DNA of 64,000 nucleotides from Octopus sinensis. Taxonomy: Eukaryota. Positions 39,477 through 51,890 of this stretch are shown in pieces. A program made the translations under genes and the position numbers. The stretch lies in contig NC_043009.1 in the NCBI RefSeq assembly GCF_006345805.1, forward strand, positions 53,630,001 to 53,694,000, given 5' to 3'. Under the pieces are notes generated by a model. That model had not been told where the DNA came from. It worked only from the letters and a program-made list of their open reading frames with translations, and did not search any database. How positions within the stretch are numbered: position 1 is the stretch's first letter; each line of letters begins with the position of its first letter.

Positions 39477-40622
39477 TGTGGGGAATGGTGCACTGGGGTA
39501 ATAGCATAGGATGGTGTTGAGTGATGGCTAGAATGTTTTTGTGTATCTCTTTTGCCATGTTCAACATGGCTAAAAAAGAATTTTCCTGCTTAGGGAGCAG
39601 TTTTTGGCTGGAGGTGTAGTTGCACTGTTGGATAGGGTTGTAGTTTCCACTTTTGTTGTTGTTGTTTTTGTGTCTTCCTGAAAAGACTGGACCAGCATTA
39701 CTGCAGCATGTGTGTTTCTATTTTTTTTGTTATTCAGGTTGTGTGTTGGCTTGGAGGCCCCGTTTCTGTTTGTGCGTCGGGTCCCTGGAAGATGAGTGAA
39801 GGGACAGTCCACTCAGTAGACATGTTCTCTCACGTTGGGAATACCGGCAGATTTTGGGACTCCGAGTTGTGTGTGTTTTGAATTTCGATTTACTATTTGG
39901 TGGTGTTGATGTTATTGTGGGATGCGTGCTTTGGCCTTGGCCGGTAGTGCGTCTAGTGCCGGGTAGATGCGTGAAGATGCAGTCACTATTTGTGCAGAGT
40001 CTCTGGCGCAGTGAATAGCGGCATATTTGGGGATTTCTTGTTTGTGCCGTGGGGGGCGCATTCTGCTTCCTATGTTTCTTTAAGTTTTTGTTACTGCAGT
40101 AGTATTGAGGTGGTGATGTGGGGGAAGAGGGCAGTGGTTTCTTATTTGGTTTTCTGTTGGTATTTTTGGTGATAGAAGACGATGGTGGCAGCGGTGGTGA
40201 TGATGATGATGATAATTGTGGTGGTTGCTGTGATAGCGGTGAAAAGATACTGGCATTTAGTGAATCGTCTAGTAAGTTAGAGTTGAGGAGTGGCTGTTGT
40301 TGTTCTTGTTGCTGTGGCTGTTGTTGTTGTTGTTGTGCCTGACCGATGTCAGGGTCAGCCATTGTGTTGGGAACCAGGAGTGGCTCATTCTGTTGTTGTT
40401 GTTGTTGTGGCTGCTGATTTTCTAGCTGTTGTTGTTCTTGAACCGTGAAAATATGTAAAGCTTTTCATAATGGCCTCTTATCAGTTTGAAAGATACTTCG
40501 ATATGTTTCAACTTGCTACGAATCTGTTTGACGGATCGTGTGTTGACCACTTGTGATGTTTTTTCGGCAATCTCATTCAAACACAAGACATTTAGATTTT
40601 CTGTTTGGGAAGAGAGAGCCAT
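39334..40622 (-). pseudogene. LINE ORF1 with polyQ/Pro-Ser region and two CCCH zinc fingers, frameshifted
   Basis: Pieces 40422-40622, 39730-40362, 39570-39812 and 39334-39567. Finger 1 is CRYSLRQRLCTNSDCIFTH (39967-40023). Finger 2 is CRYSQRERTC...DCPFTH (39792-39849) with one extra base. Confidence 0.75.
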
Positions 40623-40969
40623 GTGTTTATTAAAACATCAATTTCGTTATCGACCAATTTCGTCTGTTGCAGGCCTGCAAGTTAGTCATGTTGTTTTTCT
40701 TTTGTTTGTTTTCCTTTTGATTTTTGAAAATATATATATTTTTCTTGGGATTAAAGAAGTGTATATATATATAAATGTTCTCTCTTAAGGGTGTGAGTTT
40801 TTGATTATTTGGTTGTTTGAGGATTTAAAAGAAAAACAGGTTATATAACAATTTGTAGTTAATGAAAACGTACTTACGGGTTTGTAGGCAACATTGGTTA
40901 CAAATATATATATATTTAAGGTCAGTTAGTTTTGAAGCTGTGTAGCTTGCTACTGACTCGGGAGAGAAA

Positions 40970-41047
<78 letters not shown>

Positions 41048-41377
41048 GCATTTAGTTATATGAGTGCGTGCATGTTGATGTATATGTATACATATGTGTG
41101 TGTGTGTGAGTGTGCGTGTGTGTGTAAATGTATGTGAGTGTATGGTTGTACGTGAATAAGTGTTTCTTTTACATAACGGAAATAATATACAAAAACAATA
41201 GAGATGGTACGGGACAATGTTTAACAAGTATTATATAAGCTGAATGCTTAAATAGAAATTATGTAATGATGTCTCAGCGTTTCCGACAGTAGGTCATTGT
41301 CATAAGGCAAAGAAAATAATTTAGGGAGTGAGTAAGGAGAATATAAAAAAGCAATAAAACTTGTGCTGGAGAAAATG

Positions 41378-41381
41378 TATC

Positions 41382-41480
<99 letters not shown>

Positions 41481-41500
41481 TTATTTATATATCTATCTAC
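41378..41500. repeat. (TATC)n
   Basis: Directly visible. Confidence 0.95.
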
Positions 41501-41768
41501 CTATCTATTGCTGTCTGTCTGTCTATCTCTTTCTCCATTTCCCTCTCTCTCTCTCCACCCATCCTACAACTGTTCGTTATGGGAAGGATCTTGTACATCC
41601 AATTGTGTTGCACCAATCAGTGTAGTCTGTGTCACATCAGGTACATGAATAAAGAAGAGGATGCTCTACTAGATATACTGAGTTGTGCTAACCATGTCGC
41701 TCGTGTGTGTCGTGTGTTCGTTATGACTGGCTACAATTTTCCTTGAGTATACAAACCAGATAACTGTA

Positions 41769-41786
<18 letters not shown>

Positions 41787-41853
<67 letters not shown>
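41787..41853. repeat. (AAT)n
   Basis: Directly visible. Confidence 0.95.
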
Positions 41854-41854
<1 letters not shown>

Positions 41855-42625
41855 GAATACCTATCTCACATGACGAGTGATATGCAAAGGTCGTTACAAA
41901 TACTGTGAGATAGGAAGTCGAAAAGTCGGCGAGGTTGATCATAAATAGTCGTATCTTACTTGTCTAACTATACTGCTAGAGTACATAGAACTTAGGAGGA
42001 AATACTAATAATGCAAAAATACTAAAATCGTGAATCATGTGACGGAATAACAAGCAAATGAGATATGAGATAATAACAATTCAAAGTAAATAACTTTCAA
42101 AATGGCTTTTGTGCGTTCCCAGAGAATATTACACTCAGCGGCGCTAGTGTTGGTATATTCGTGAATAAGTCACTAACAGAAAATACTATTTATTTCTTTA
42201 AGGGTTGTACTGGATAAATTGCGAAAGTAACTTTAACAGTTCAAACACTAATAAATAAGCCTACTCAATTTGATTTATACCAAATGATTTAGAAAACGGA
42301 ATGGGTTATATCCCTTGGTTGTTAAAATCTGGGCTATCAATATGATATATATCAGATGTATATAAGGATCCCTTCAAGGGTGCCAATTATAGATTTGTTC
42401 AACAATTTGAGTATGTCATAAGGTTTCCATACATGAGTTCTACTCACATGTCAATTGTCATCAATATCGATAAAACGATGTAGGAGGATTTAGCTAACAA
42501 CTCCACAAACACACCGACAGACAGAATTTCCCAAATATGTATGTATGTATATATGTATGTGTGTATGTATGTATGTATGTATATATGTATGTATGTATGT
42601 ATGCATGCATGTATGTATGTATGTA

Positions 42626-42681
<56 letters not shown>

Positions 42682-42779
42682 CATGCAAACTGTTACTCAG
42701 AGTTTGACGTGAGCATTTATCGAAAGGTCACATGAAATTCCAACTGATAGTTTATAAATAATTTTCAACCTTAATAGAC

Positions 42780-42985
42780 CTGTGTGTGTGTGTGTGTGAG
42801 CATCGTTTACAACCTTTGTTGGTGTGTTTGCATCTACGTTATTATCGGTTCGGCAAAATGTCCGATAGAATAAGTAGCAGGCTTAAAATGCAAGCACTGT
42901 GGACGATTCGTTCGACTAAAACTCTTGAACAAGATGCCCCAGCATGGCCGCAATCATAACTTGAAACAAGTAAAAGAATAAAGGA
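42780..42985 (+). mobile_element. Family B SINE 3' half, diverged
   Basis: GGTTCGGCAAAA..CCGATAGAATAAGTA...CCAGCATGGCCGCA...GAAACAAGTAAAAG. Confidence 0.75.
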
Positions 42986-43318
42986 ATACACACTCACACT
43001 CACATATACGCGCGCGCTTGTATATATGTGTGTCTATCTCTCTGTATGTGTGTGTATGTTTGTGTGTTTGTGCGCGTGTGTGTGTGTGGTGTCCGTGTTA
43101 CTGTTGTGATTCGTCAAGCTTAGAATGAAGAATTAACTTCTTCAACGACACCCTCTACTGGCGTCGAACTCACAATCCTGTTATTACAGCTAAAGGATGT
43201 GAAGTAAACTGAGATCTCCGCGTCTATTTTCACTCCTTTTAATTTATTTACTGTTTTGGTTTTAAGCTAAACCTAAACGTCATTGCATTATCTATGAATA
43301 TTACAAGGAATATCTTTC

Positions 43319-43583
43319 TGTTGTAACGTAATTTGTTACGTACAATAAAGATAACCAGATAACTGTAAAAACAACCTAACGAACTAATAAATCTCTTTAG
43401 TAACCATCGATCAATATTCCTTGTGAACTAACGAACAGTCACCTTCCGACTTCACTGCGAACTGACACAAACTTCACTCGAATCCGAACTCTGAGCTTTG
43501 AACTCACTCGGATCGTTACTATTTATACTTTACTCGAACCAGTCTATCGCTTGCAAGGGGGCGTCGTAACTCTCATCACAACA
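43319..43583 (-). mobile_element. LTR (265 bp) of a Gypsy-type retrotransposon, 3' LTR
   Basis: TGTTG...CAACA termini, TATAAATA on the minus strand, directly downstream of the integrase fragment. Confidence 0.75.
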
Positions 43584-44442
43584 TCAAACTTTTTGAGACT
43601 TCGACTATTGTGAGAAAATGGAATTTCTTTTCTTTCATTTTTTCTTTCCAGCACCTCACCCAATGTTTCTATTTCTCTTTCTTTTTTAGCTATTGTATCT
43701 TAATTGTTCCCCATCTTTTTAAGTAGTGTTGTTCATTGCACACAGCACATTTTATTTTCGTTGTACTAAGTGTCCCTGTTAGTACTTTTGAAATTTTCTG
43801 GGTTTTTTTTTTAATTTGAAAATTTAATATCTTTTTCGATTAGGTATTACTTCCAGATATTCAGTCTGTTTCTCTCGGTACTGGCACTTCAAACATATCG
43901 ATGACTTCCATTGGTATTACTCTTCCTTCTTCTGTATATCTCATGTTTAACAGGTTAAGGTCTCTCTTAAGTTCCAAAGTTGTCTTTAAATTAATTACAT
44001 CATGTTACCTAATCCTTTGATTACACAGCCATCCTCCCAACATTCTTTACCATTTTTTGCAATTTTTAAAATAACTTTATATCATATTTCGAAATAGATC
44101 GATTTTATTTTATGCACGAATATTAACTCTGGTGGTGACATTCCTGAATTAGTATTTGGATTTGGTGTTATTCTATATACTCTCAAAAATTTCGTTAGTG
44201 CCTCGTCATTATCTACCTCGTTCCTAGCTTTTCCTAAAGCTCTTTTGAATGTGTTGACAAGTCGTTCTACCTGCCAATTTGACCTTGGGTGGTAGGGCGG
44301 AGCAAAGATGTGCTCTATAGAATGTATTTTGCAGAAATTTCTAAATTCATATGCCGTGATTTCTGTTCCAATATCTGAAACTAACGTGTTTGGAACACCG
44401 TATCGAGCAAATAACTCGAGTAGAAATTTTATTGTTCTGTTT
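43584..44442 (-). mobile_element. Gypsy integrase 3' fragment
   Basis: LFARYGVPNTLVSD.GT, FCKIHSIEH...PYHPRSN.QVERLVNTFKRAL and YRITPNPNT...SPPELIF (rve core). A SINE truncates it at about 44443. Confidence 0.88.
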
Positions 44443-44670
44443 GCGATGTTGGGGGGACAAACACTGACACACAAACATATGCACATATATCTATATATAC
44501 ACATATTCGACGGGCTTCTTTCAGTTTTCGCCTGCAAAATCCACTCACAAGGCTTTGGTCGGCCGGAGGCTATAGTAGAAGACACTTGCCCAAGGTGCTA
44601 CGCACTGGGACTGAACCCGGAACCATGTGGTTCGTAAGCAAGCTACTTACCACACAGTCATTCCTACGCC
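44443..44670 (-). mobile_element. Family B SINE 5' half abutting the Gypsy integrase
   Basis: tRNA head plus CORE plus microsatellite linker. Confidence 0.88.
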
Positions 44671-45341
44671 TGTATATATAAGTGCTTATGTGTATGTGTA
44701 TGTGGATACATGTGTATAAATACATATATATATATAAACATGCGTGATTTAAGTGTATGGATATACATATGTGTGTGTTTTTTAGTATAATCACGTATTG
44801 TTGCATATGTATCTGTGTTCACAAGTAATATTTTGAAGACAAAATCATTACAGTTTACATCAGTTACCAAAGTAACCATGAGGTTTGGAAATGTACAATT
44901 TTGTTTATTCTTTAGCAATTATTTGATGACAATATTTTCTTACATTTGTTTTCAATATTGACTAATTCCTATTTTCTGTAAGTTATGCTTTTTTGCAAGT
45001 ATATGTCGGATACAGCAGTCTTTCTGGTAGAAAACACATTTTATATTTTACGAAGGTGAAAGGTCGGCTCCAACGATATTCGGATGTTCATTTTTATCGC
45101 TTTGTTAGAGGAAAAAATAAAGTGTCTATGACAATTTTGTGTTCTTCAGACGCTGGAAGAAGAAAGAAGACAGTTATCTTCACGGTCTGAATGGCTGCTG
45201 CAGAATAGATCCCTAAAAACAACCATAAGACCAACTGATGCTGTTAATAATAGATTTGGTGTCTGTCTAGCACTGGAGAACAGCAAAGTTTTCGTCTCAG
45301 AGCGTTCCATCATTTCACTCCCAAGATTTAGTGGTCTAATG

Positions 45342-45523
45342 CAGTGCTCCGCAACTGTATGCTGCGGTACACTGGTGTGCTATAAGACGGTGTTAGATGT
45401 ACCGCAGAGTAACCGGAATGTAATCTTTCCCCTACACTTTTAGTTATATTTTTAGATCAGGTTTGCCGCCGAATTTTGAAAAGAATATGTGAACTGCTAG
45501 TGAAGAAAGGTTGCGGAACACTG
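45342..45523. mobile_element. hAT-type MITE
   Basis: TIRs CAGTGCTCCGCAAC and GTTGCGGAACACTG, with a perfect 8-bp TSD GTCTAATG on both sides. Confidence 0.85.
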
Positions 45524-46010
45524 GTCTAATGCTGTGATTGACAACACTCCTTTAGCGTAACGTGTATTCGAATCGGAGCTTAAGATTCGATGATTTGGGA
45601 TACCATCTAGTCCTTGCAGGCACCAGGCACAGAAATCTTGAAATGTATGTATGTTATCACTTACTTTTATTTCAAGATTTTTTTTGTTAATAAAGAGCCG
45701 GTTTCTAACCTAAATCTAAGGCTCCTTCGCTGGAATTTCAACAACATTAGCAGAGTATTTTTGCAGGAATGTGTGTGCGCAGTATATAAATTTACTGCAT
45801 GTTCAGATTTGCAACTCTTGTTGTATGGATGCATTCTCATGCCTACAGTTGCAGTCTAGACATGTGCATATATACTTCAATGGTAACTTCTGGAAAGCTT
45901 TACAAATGTATGTAGGTATGTGTGTGTATGTATGTATGTATGTATGTATGTATGTATGTATGTATGTATGTATGTATGTATGTATGTATGCATATATGTA
46001 TGCATGTAAG

Positions 46011-46242
46011 TATTTCTTTATTGCCCACAAGGGGCTAAACATAGAGGTGACAATCAAGGACAGACAAATGGATTAAGTCGATTACATCGACCCCCAGTGC
46101 GTAACTGGTACTTAATTTATCGACCCCGAAAGGATGAAAGGCAAAGTCGACCTCGGCGGAATTTGAACTCAGAACGTAACGGCAGACGAAATATGGCTAC
46201 GCATTTCGTCCGGCGTACTAACGTTTCTACCAGCTCGCCGCC
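46011..46242 (-). mobile_element. Family A SINE, full-length monomer
   Basis: Complete head, central domain and CCCCTTGTGGG tail. Confidence 0.9.
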
Positions 46243-46359
46243 TTGTATCTATGTAAGTATGTAAGTATGTATGTATGTATGTATGTATGTATGTATGTAT
46301 GTATGTATGTATGTATGTACATACGAATGTAAAGACAATGAAAAGTCTACAGGAGTAAC

Positions 46360-46779
46360 TCTTTCTCTTTCTCTTTTACTTTTTCAGTCATTTGACTGCG
46401 GCCATGCTGGGGCACCGCCTTTAATCGAGCAACTCGACCCCGGAACTTATTCTATAATAAGCCCAGTACTTATTCTATCGGTCTCTTTTGTCGAACCGCT
46501 AAGTGACGGGGACACAAACACACCATCATCGGTTGTCAAGCGATGTTGGGGGGACAAACACAGACACACAAACACACACATGCATACATATATATATATA
46601 CATATATACATGTATACGACGGGCTTCTTTCAGTTTCCGTCTACCAAATCCACTCACAAGGCTTTGGTCGGCCCGAGGCTATAGTAGAAGACACTTGCCC
46701 AAGGTGCCACGCAGTGGGACTGAACCCGGAACCATGTGGTTGGTAGACAGACTACATACCACACAGCCACTCCTGCGCC
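46360..46779 (-). mobile_element. CORE-type SINE (family B), full length
   Basis: Same consensus as 15677-16108. Confidence 0.92.
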
Positions 46780-47544
46780 TATGTAACATGGATTTACATT
46801 TTCCAAAGTAAACTTATCTTCTTTTCTAACATAAATGAAACTAAAATTTCCAAGTGTCATAATTTAATGCTTTTATATATCACCTCTTTTCCAATAAAGT
46901 AAGCGATATTATCATTATTGTTGATGTGATTGTTGTGGTTGCCGTTGTCATTTATGTTTAAGATGAGGGTTGTTTAGTACCAGATCAGAATTCATCGATC
47001 AGTCATTAAGGAAAAGCTATCTTAGTCACAGCCATGCAATCTGGTTTATTTCCTAGTAATGGATATACTAGCAAACTTGCTTGTTATGCCACACTGGGGA
47101 AACATAAGCAGAATTGGTTTACTCCTGCCGATCAGAAAATGGCGAATGAAGATACATCCAAAAACATTTGAAACGCATAGTTAATTCACGTGGTTTGTCA
47201 AATGTGATTCTCGGTGTATCGATAGAGAGAAATGTCACCCTTCAGCAAGTAAATTTACATCCCACTGTTGCAGCGTGTATTATGAAGTTGATATATATTC
47301 GTGCATTTGAAGACGTCCAATGCACAAGAATAGATAAATAGCAGACAATGGATGATGTAATAGAAGCAATTTTACCACAGAACAGACAATAATAGAAATA
47401 ATTTAGGGTAATTTTTCTTCATTATTTGCACAGCTAAGTTGAGCTGCGGAAGCGTGCTGGGTTGACACTTCAGAGATCTATAGATGAAAACTACCCTCTG
47501 CGAAGAAATAGATACTGTATTAAATATTTATACATTGCATGGCG

Positions 47545-47835
47545 TCCAGCTGGCGGAACCGTATGCCTGCCGGGCAAAATGCTTAGCGTGTCAAAAACAC
47601 GAGTACCAGTCAGAGACTGGGGTCGATATCATCGGTTTACCCCCTGCCACAAAATTTCTGGGCTTGTGCTAAAATGTGAAACCAATATTTGTAAATTGCA
47701 CGGCGGCGAATTGGCAGAACAGTTAGCTCGACGGGCAAAATGCCTAGCAGCATTTCTTCTGTCTTTAGGTTCTGCGTTCAAATGCCGCCAGTGTTGATTT
47801 CTCTCCCGAAATTGCTGGCCTCCTACCAAAATTTG
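47545..47835 (+). mobile_element. Two diverged or deleted family A SINE copies in + orientation
   Basis: GGCGGCGAATTGGCAGAA...GGGCAAAATGC heads and ACAAGGCC-type tails. Confidence 0.7.
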
Positions 47836-47879
47836 GAACATCGCAATAACAAGTATATATACATATATATATATATATT

Positions 47880-47949
<70 letters not shown>

Positions 47950-47985
47950 ACACACAACACACACACACACACACACCACACACAC

Positions 47986-48017
<32 letters not shown>

Positions 48018-48803
48018 CTTGCTAGTTTTATGAAAATAAGGATGCTTCAAATTTTGACACAAGGCTATCCATTTCAAGGGAGGGATTTTTCCGATGAAGT
48101 CGACATAAGTGCTCAGCTGGTAATATTTTATCGACACCGAAATGCTTATATATATCCACGGGGTGGCATTATGCAACAAAATTATGCGCGATCAAGAGGT
48201 CAAGATGTCAAGAAAAGGAGAGGGAAGGGGTGAAAGAAACAACAGGGATTTTCATTTAATATGTAGGATACATCATCATTTAACGTCCGCCTTCCATACT
48301 GGCATGGGAACAAAACCTATATTTGTCCATGTGTTTCGATGTTTCAAGATGGTACCGTGATATATGAGCTGGAATTGCCTGCTATTTCTAACTGATCAGT
48401 CGACAATGTACGTACTCTATGTTGGTTTATGTGCTTTACATGCTTATCCACGCGAAAATATATTTCAAAACAATAAATTAAAATATAAATCATCAGTTTG
48501 ATTGAAGTTCTTGGCCAGTGGAATAATAGAGATTTACATTGAAAAAAACAAAAAAACTTACAGCATTATATATGCATGTCATTACATATTTTATATGTAT
48601 CTTGTTTGCATATCTCTCTCTCTCTCATACTATGAGCCTGTGCGTGCGTGTTTGTACACACTCATACATACGCATAAATATCTTATTTATTTATATATAA
48701 ACAAATGAGTTTCTCTTTGTCTGTTTGTTTCTCTCTCTCCCTCTCTATGCATATATATATACATATATATATATTATATATATAAGTATACACACACACA
48801 TAC

Positions 48804-48836
<33 letters not shown>

Positions 48837-48921
48837 GCAGATATATATACATATGTATATATATATATATACACACATATGTATATATATATATATATGT
48901 GTATATATATACACACACATG

Positions 48922-48960
<39 letters not shown>

Positions 48961-49895
48961 GTATATATGCACTCACACATTTATATTTATGTGTATGTGT
49001 GCAAAGTTACTATTTCCAAAATATTTGGATATTATATGGGTATCATTCCAATCGCTGCACCCACTTTGTTGTTCTAATCATTATATATGCTGTGGATTTT
49101 TTTCTTTTTTCTTTCTTGCTTTTGCTAGTGAAACATCAATAACCTCTCAACCTTGACAATAAATGTGTTTGTGTTGAAATTGAAATCTATACTGTAAATT
49201 TTCCAGATACAATGGGTGGTTACGGAGGACTTCGTTCTGGATATAATCACACGTTTAGTATAAATATATTTTTGTTCATCTATGTAAAAGTATTATTTTT
49301 TGTAAGTTTTATTTTAAAAGTTTAACGTGCAAACCTGTCAGCCTGTGTGTGATTGTTTGACTGGTTAAAATTAACAGCCATAGCTACCTCAAAATCTGTC
49401 TTAACGTTTTCTTAAAGAAAATGGCTCGTAAGATTATGTGCTCAAAGATACATTTACTTATTACTTTATCTTGAAGGTAAGTCTGTTCAATATTGACCGA
49501 ATACAACATCTACTTAAAAAAAAAAAAAATTAACATATCCATTGAAGAATCTGCCTTGTCGCTCGATCTGCTGGAAATGCTAGCTATATTCCATCAACTC
49601 CAATATCTTCTGTCTTCAAAAGTGTGAGAGGTTAACTGTAAATTTCGGGGTTCAATCTAAACGAGGTTAGTGGGTAGCAAGAAAACTCCACCGCTACCCA
49701 CTAGCCTCGATGACCTTAAACATCGAATAACAATAGCGATCAATTCAGTGGATTATGATATGCTGAACCGGGAGGAATTATCTTATTGTATTGATGTTGC
49801 CCGTGCTGCAGGTGGTGGCCACATTGGACACTTGTAAGACATGAAATACAAGTTGAATGTGAGTAAATACTTGTGACTTAGCTGGAGCTTCCCAA

Positions 49896-50301
49896 TTTTT
49901 TTTTTTTTCTTTTTACTTGTTTCAGTCATTTGACTGCGGCCATGCTGGAGCACCGCCTTTAGTCGATCAAATCGACCCCGGGACTTATTCTTTGTAAGCC
50001 CAGTACTTATTCTATCGGTCTCTTTTGCCGAACCGCTAAGTGACGGGGACGTAAACACATCAGCATCGGTTGTCAAGCAATACTAGGGACACACACACAC
50101 ACACACACCACACACACACATATATATATATATATATACGACAGGCTTCTTTCAGTTTCCGTCTACCAAATCCACTCACAAGGCATTGGTCGGCCCGGGG
50201 CTATAGCAGAAGACACTTGCCCAACATGCCACGCAGTGGGACTGAACCCAGAACCATGTGGTTGGTTAGCAAGCTACTTACCACACAGCCACTCCTGCGC
50301 C
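49896..50301 (-). mobile_element. CORE-type SINE (family B), full length
   Basis: Same consensus as 15677-16108, with a T-rich (A-rich on minus) tail. Confidence 0.92.
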
Positions 50302-51734
50302 TATTGCTTTTCTTTATTAAAATATTACGTAATGAAATCGGTTCATTCTTTTTGAATAACCCTGTATATAATATATATACATATATATTTACTTAAACGA
50401 AATACAGTTGATGTTATGGAGGTCAGAGTTGAGCTAATAGATTTATGACAAACATGTTTCAAACGTGAAGATTCTGTCCTTTACTGACACAAAGAATGAT
50501 TTATCATTATATTATCCAATGTGTTCTTCGTTTTTTTAACGATGTCAGTTTCTTGTGGAATATTTAGCTCCTATTTGTAGCAACAACAGTTATCTTATTC
50601 AGGTATCATCTGTTACTGTTTAAAAAGTCAGCCCCAACTGTGCAGATCTATGATCAAATATATAATACCTTTGACCGTTATTTAGGAGTACATTATCCAA
50701 TGTGTCCTTTTCAAGATATCAAATCACCCACCACTTCTGTTATTGCTGATTTTGTTTTCGTTTAGCCTCAAGTCAGCTCTGATTAAATGGAACTATAATC
50801 AAATCTGTTCCGACGCAACCATCTCATTTTTTTGTGGTGGGTGAGTATCTAGAAAAAATATTATCTAAATTGTTCTTCTTTTCTTCAAGTGATTTATTAT
50901 TGTAATTTGAGGAAGATGTAACTGCTGTTTATATTAGACTTACTGACAACGTAGTGAATCTTTTACTTAACGCCTGTAAAAACACTTGGTTAGTGTTTTA
51001 TCATATTGTTAATTTGCAATATTTCAGTAAAATGTGTTAAAACTAAATAAAATCCGAAATCAATGAATTAATGTTCAAGAAGTACTTGAAATACAAAGAA
51101 CTCGCCTTCAGTTTTCTCTTTGAAATTACGCCGTTAGCGGAAGTGGATGAGGAAAGCCTTACATCTTCAGTAGCAAACTTGACGTTCATCAAAAATTGGA
51201 AACTTTTCAGAAAATGTTTTCTGTTAATTAGTTTTATTCTTGGTTGATAGGAACTGTTATTGCTGTTGTTGTTTAGCCCCAGGTTAGCCATGTTCGAGTA
51301 GGCATGAAAAATGGCATCACCTGGTCCTATCGAATTAACAACCTTCTAATACATTACCAAACGTCGTTTAACGATTTATAGGACTGTAGCGTATGATGTA
51401 ATTCAAAGACTTAGCTGCAATTTCTTGTAGATTCACTGATCACATTCCAGCCCACACATTGGATTGACATGCGTGAATAGTAAGTTCTAAAATATGCTGA
51501 ATTCAACTTTATTTTGTGGTATGTAAGCAGTTTGAGATACCTTATGTTGTTGAACTTAGAAGGAAGAAGAATAATGTCTGCCTCGGCAGATTTCTGGTTA
51601 AGTGAGTGGAAATACATGACTAAAAACTATACGGTGTTTTCTTCAACTCCCCTGTAGATTTGAGCATATTGTTAATATTGATTTCGACTCCGTATTGTTA
51701 ATATTGATTTCAACTGAATATTGTAAATATTGAT

Positions 51735-51890
51735 TTCAAATTTTGGCATAAGGCCAGAAAATTCGAATGAAGAGTAAGTCGCTTACATCGACTTCAATAC
51801 TCAACTGGTACTTAGTTTAACGATCCCAGAAAGATGAAAGGCAAAGTCGACCGCGTCGGAATTTGAACTTGAAGACGGACAAAATGCCGC
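51735..51890 (-). mobile_element. Diverged family A SINE
   Basis: GGCATAAGGCCAG...AACTGGTACTT...GATGAAAGGCAAAGTCGAC. Confidence 0.75.

Larger units (their letters stand above)
36379..40970 (-). mobile_element. Near-full-length CR1-type non-LTR retrotransposon (ORF1 + APE-RT ORF2)
   Basis: Minus-strand order is ORF1, APE endonuclease (FLLNAQG, ETHL, GLYRPP, MGDFNLP.VDW, SDH), then RT (QHGFR, DVIYLDFSKAFD, GVPQGTVLGPLLFIIYIND, FADD). The 3' tail (ATCAAAGT)2 runs into (TA)n at about 36379. The 5' boundary is uncertain (40720-40970). Confidence 0.93.

Noticed and set aside
41850-41906. Hairpin CCTATCTCACA..TGTGAGATAGG as a pre-miRNA
   Set aside because: Only 11 bp of clean stem with a large asymmetric bulge.
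51043-51291. Frame open on both strands (MFKKYLKYKELAF.. / MANLGLNN..)
   Set aside because: Short, no domain and no splice support.
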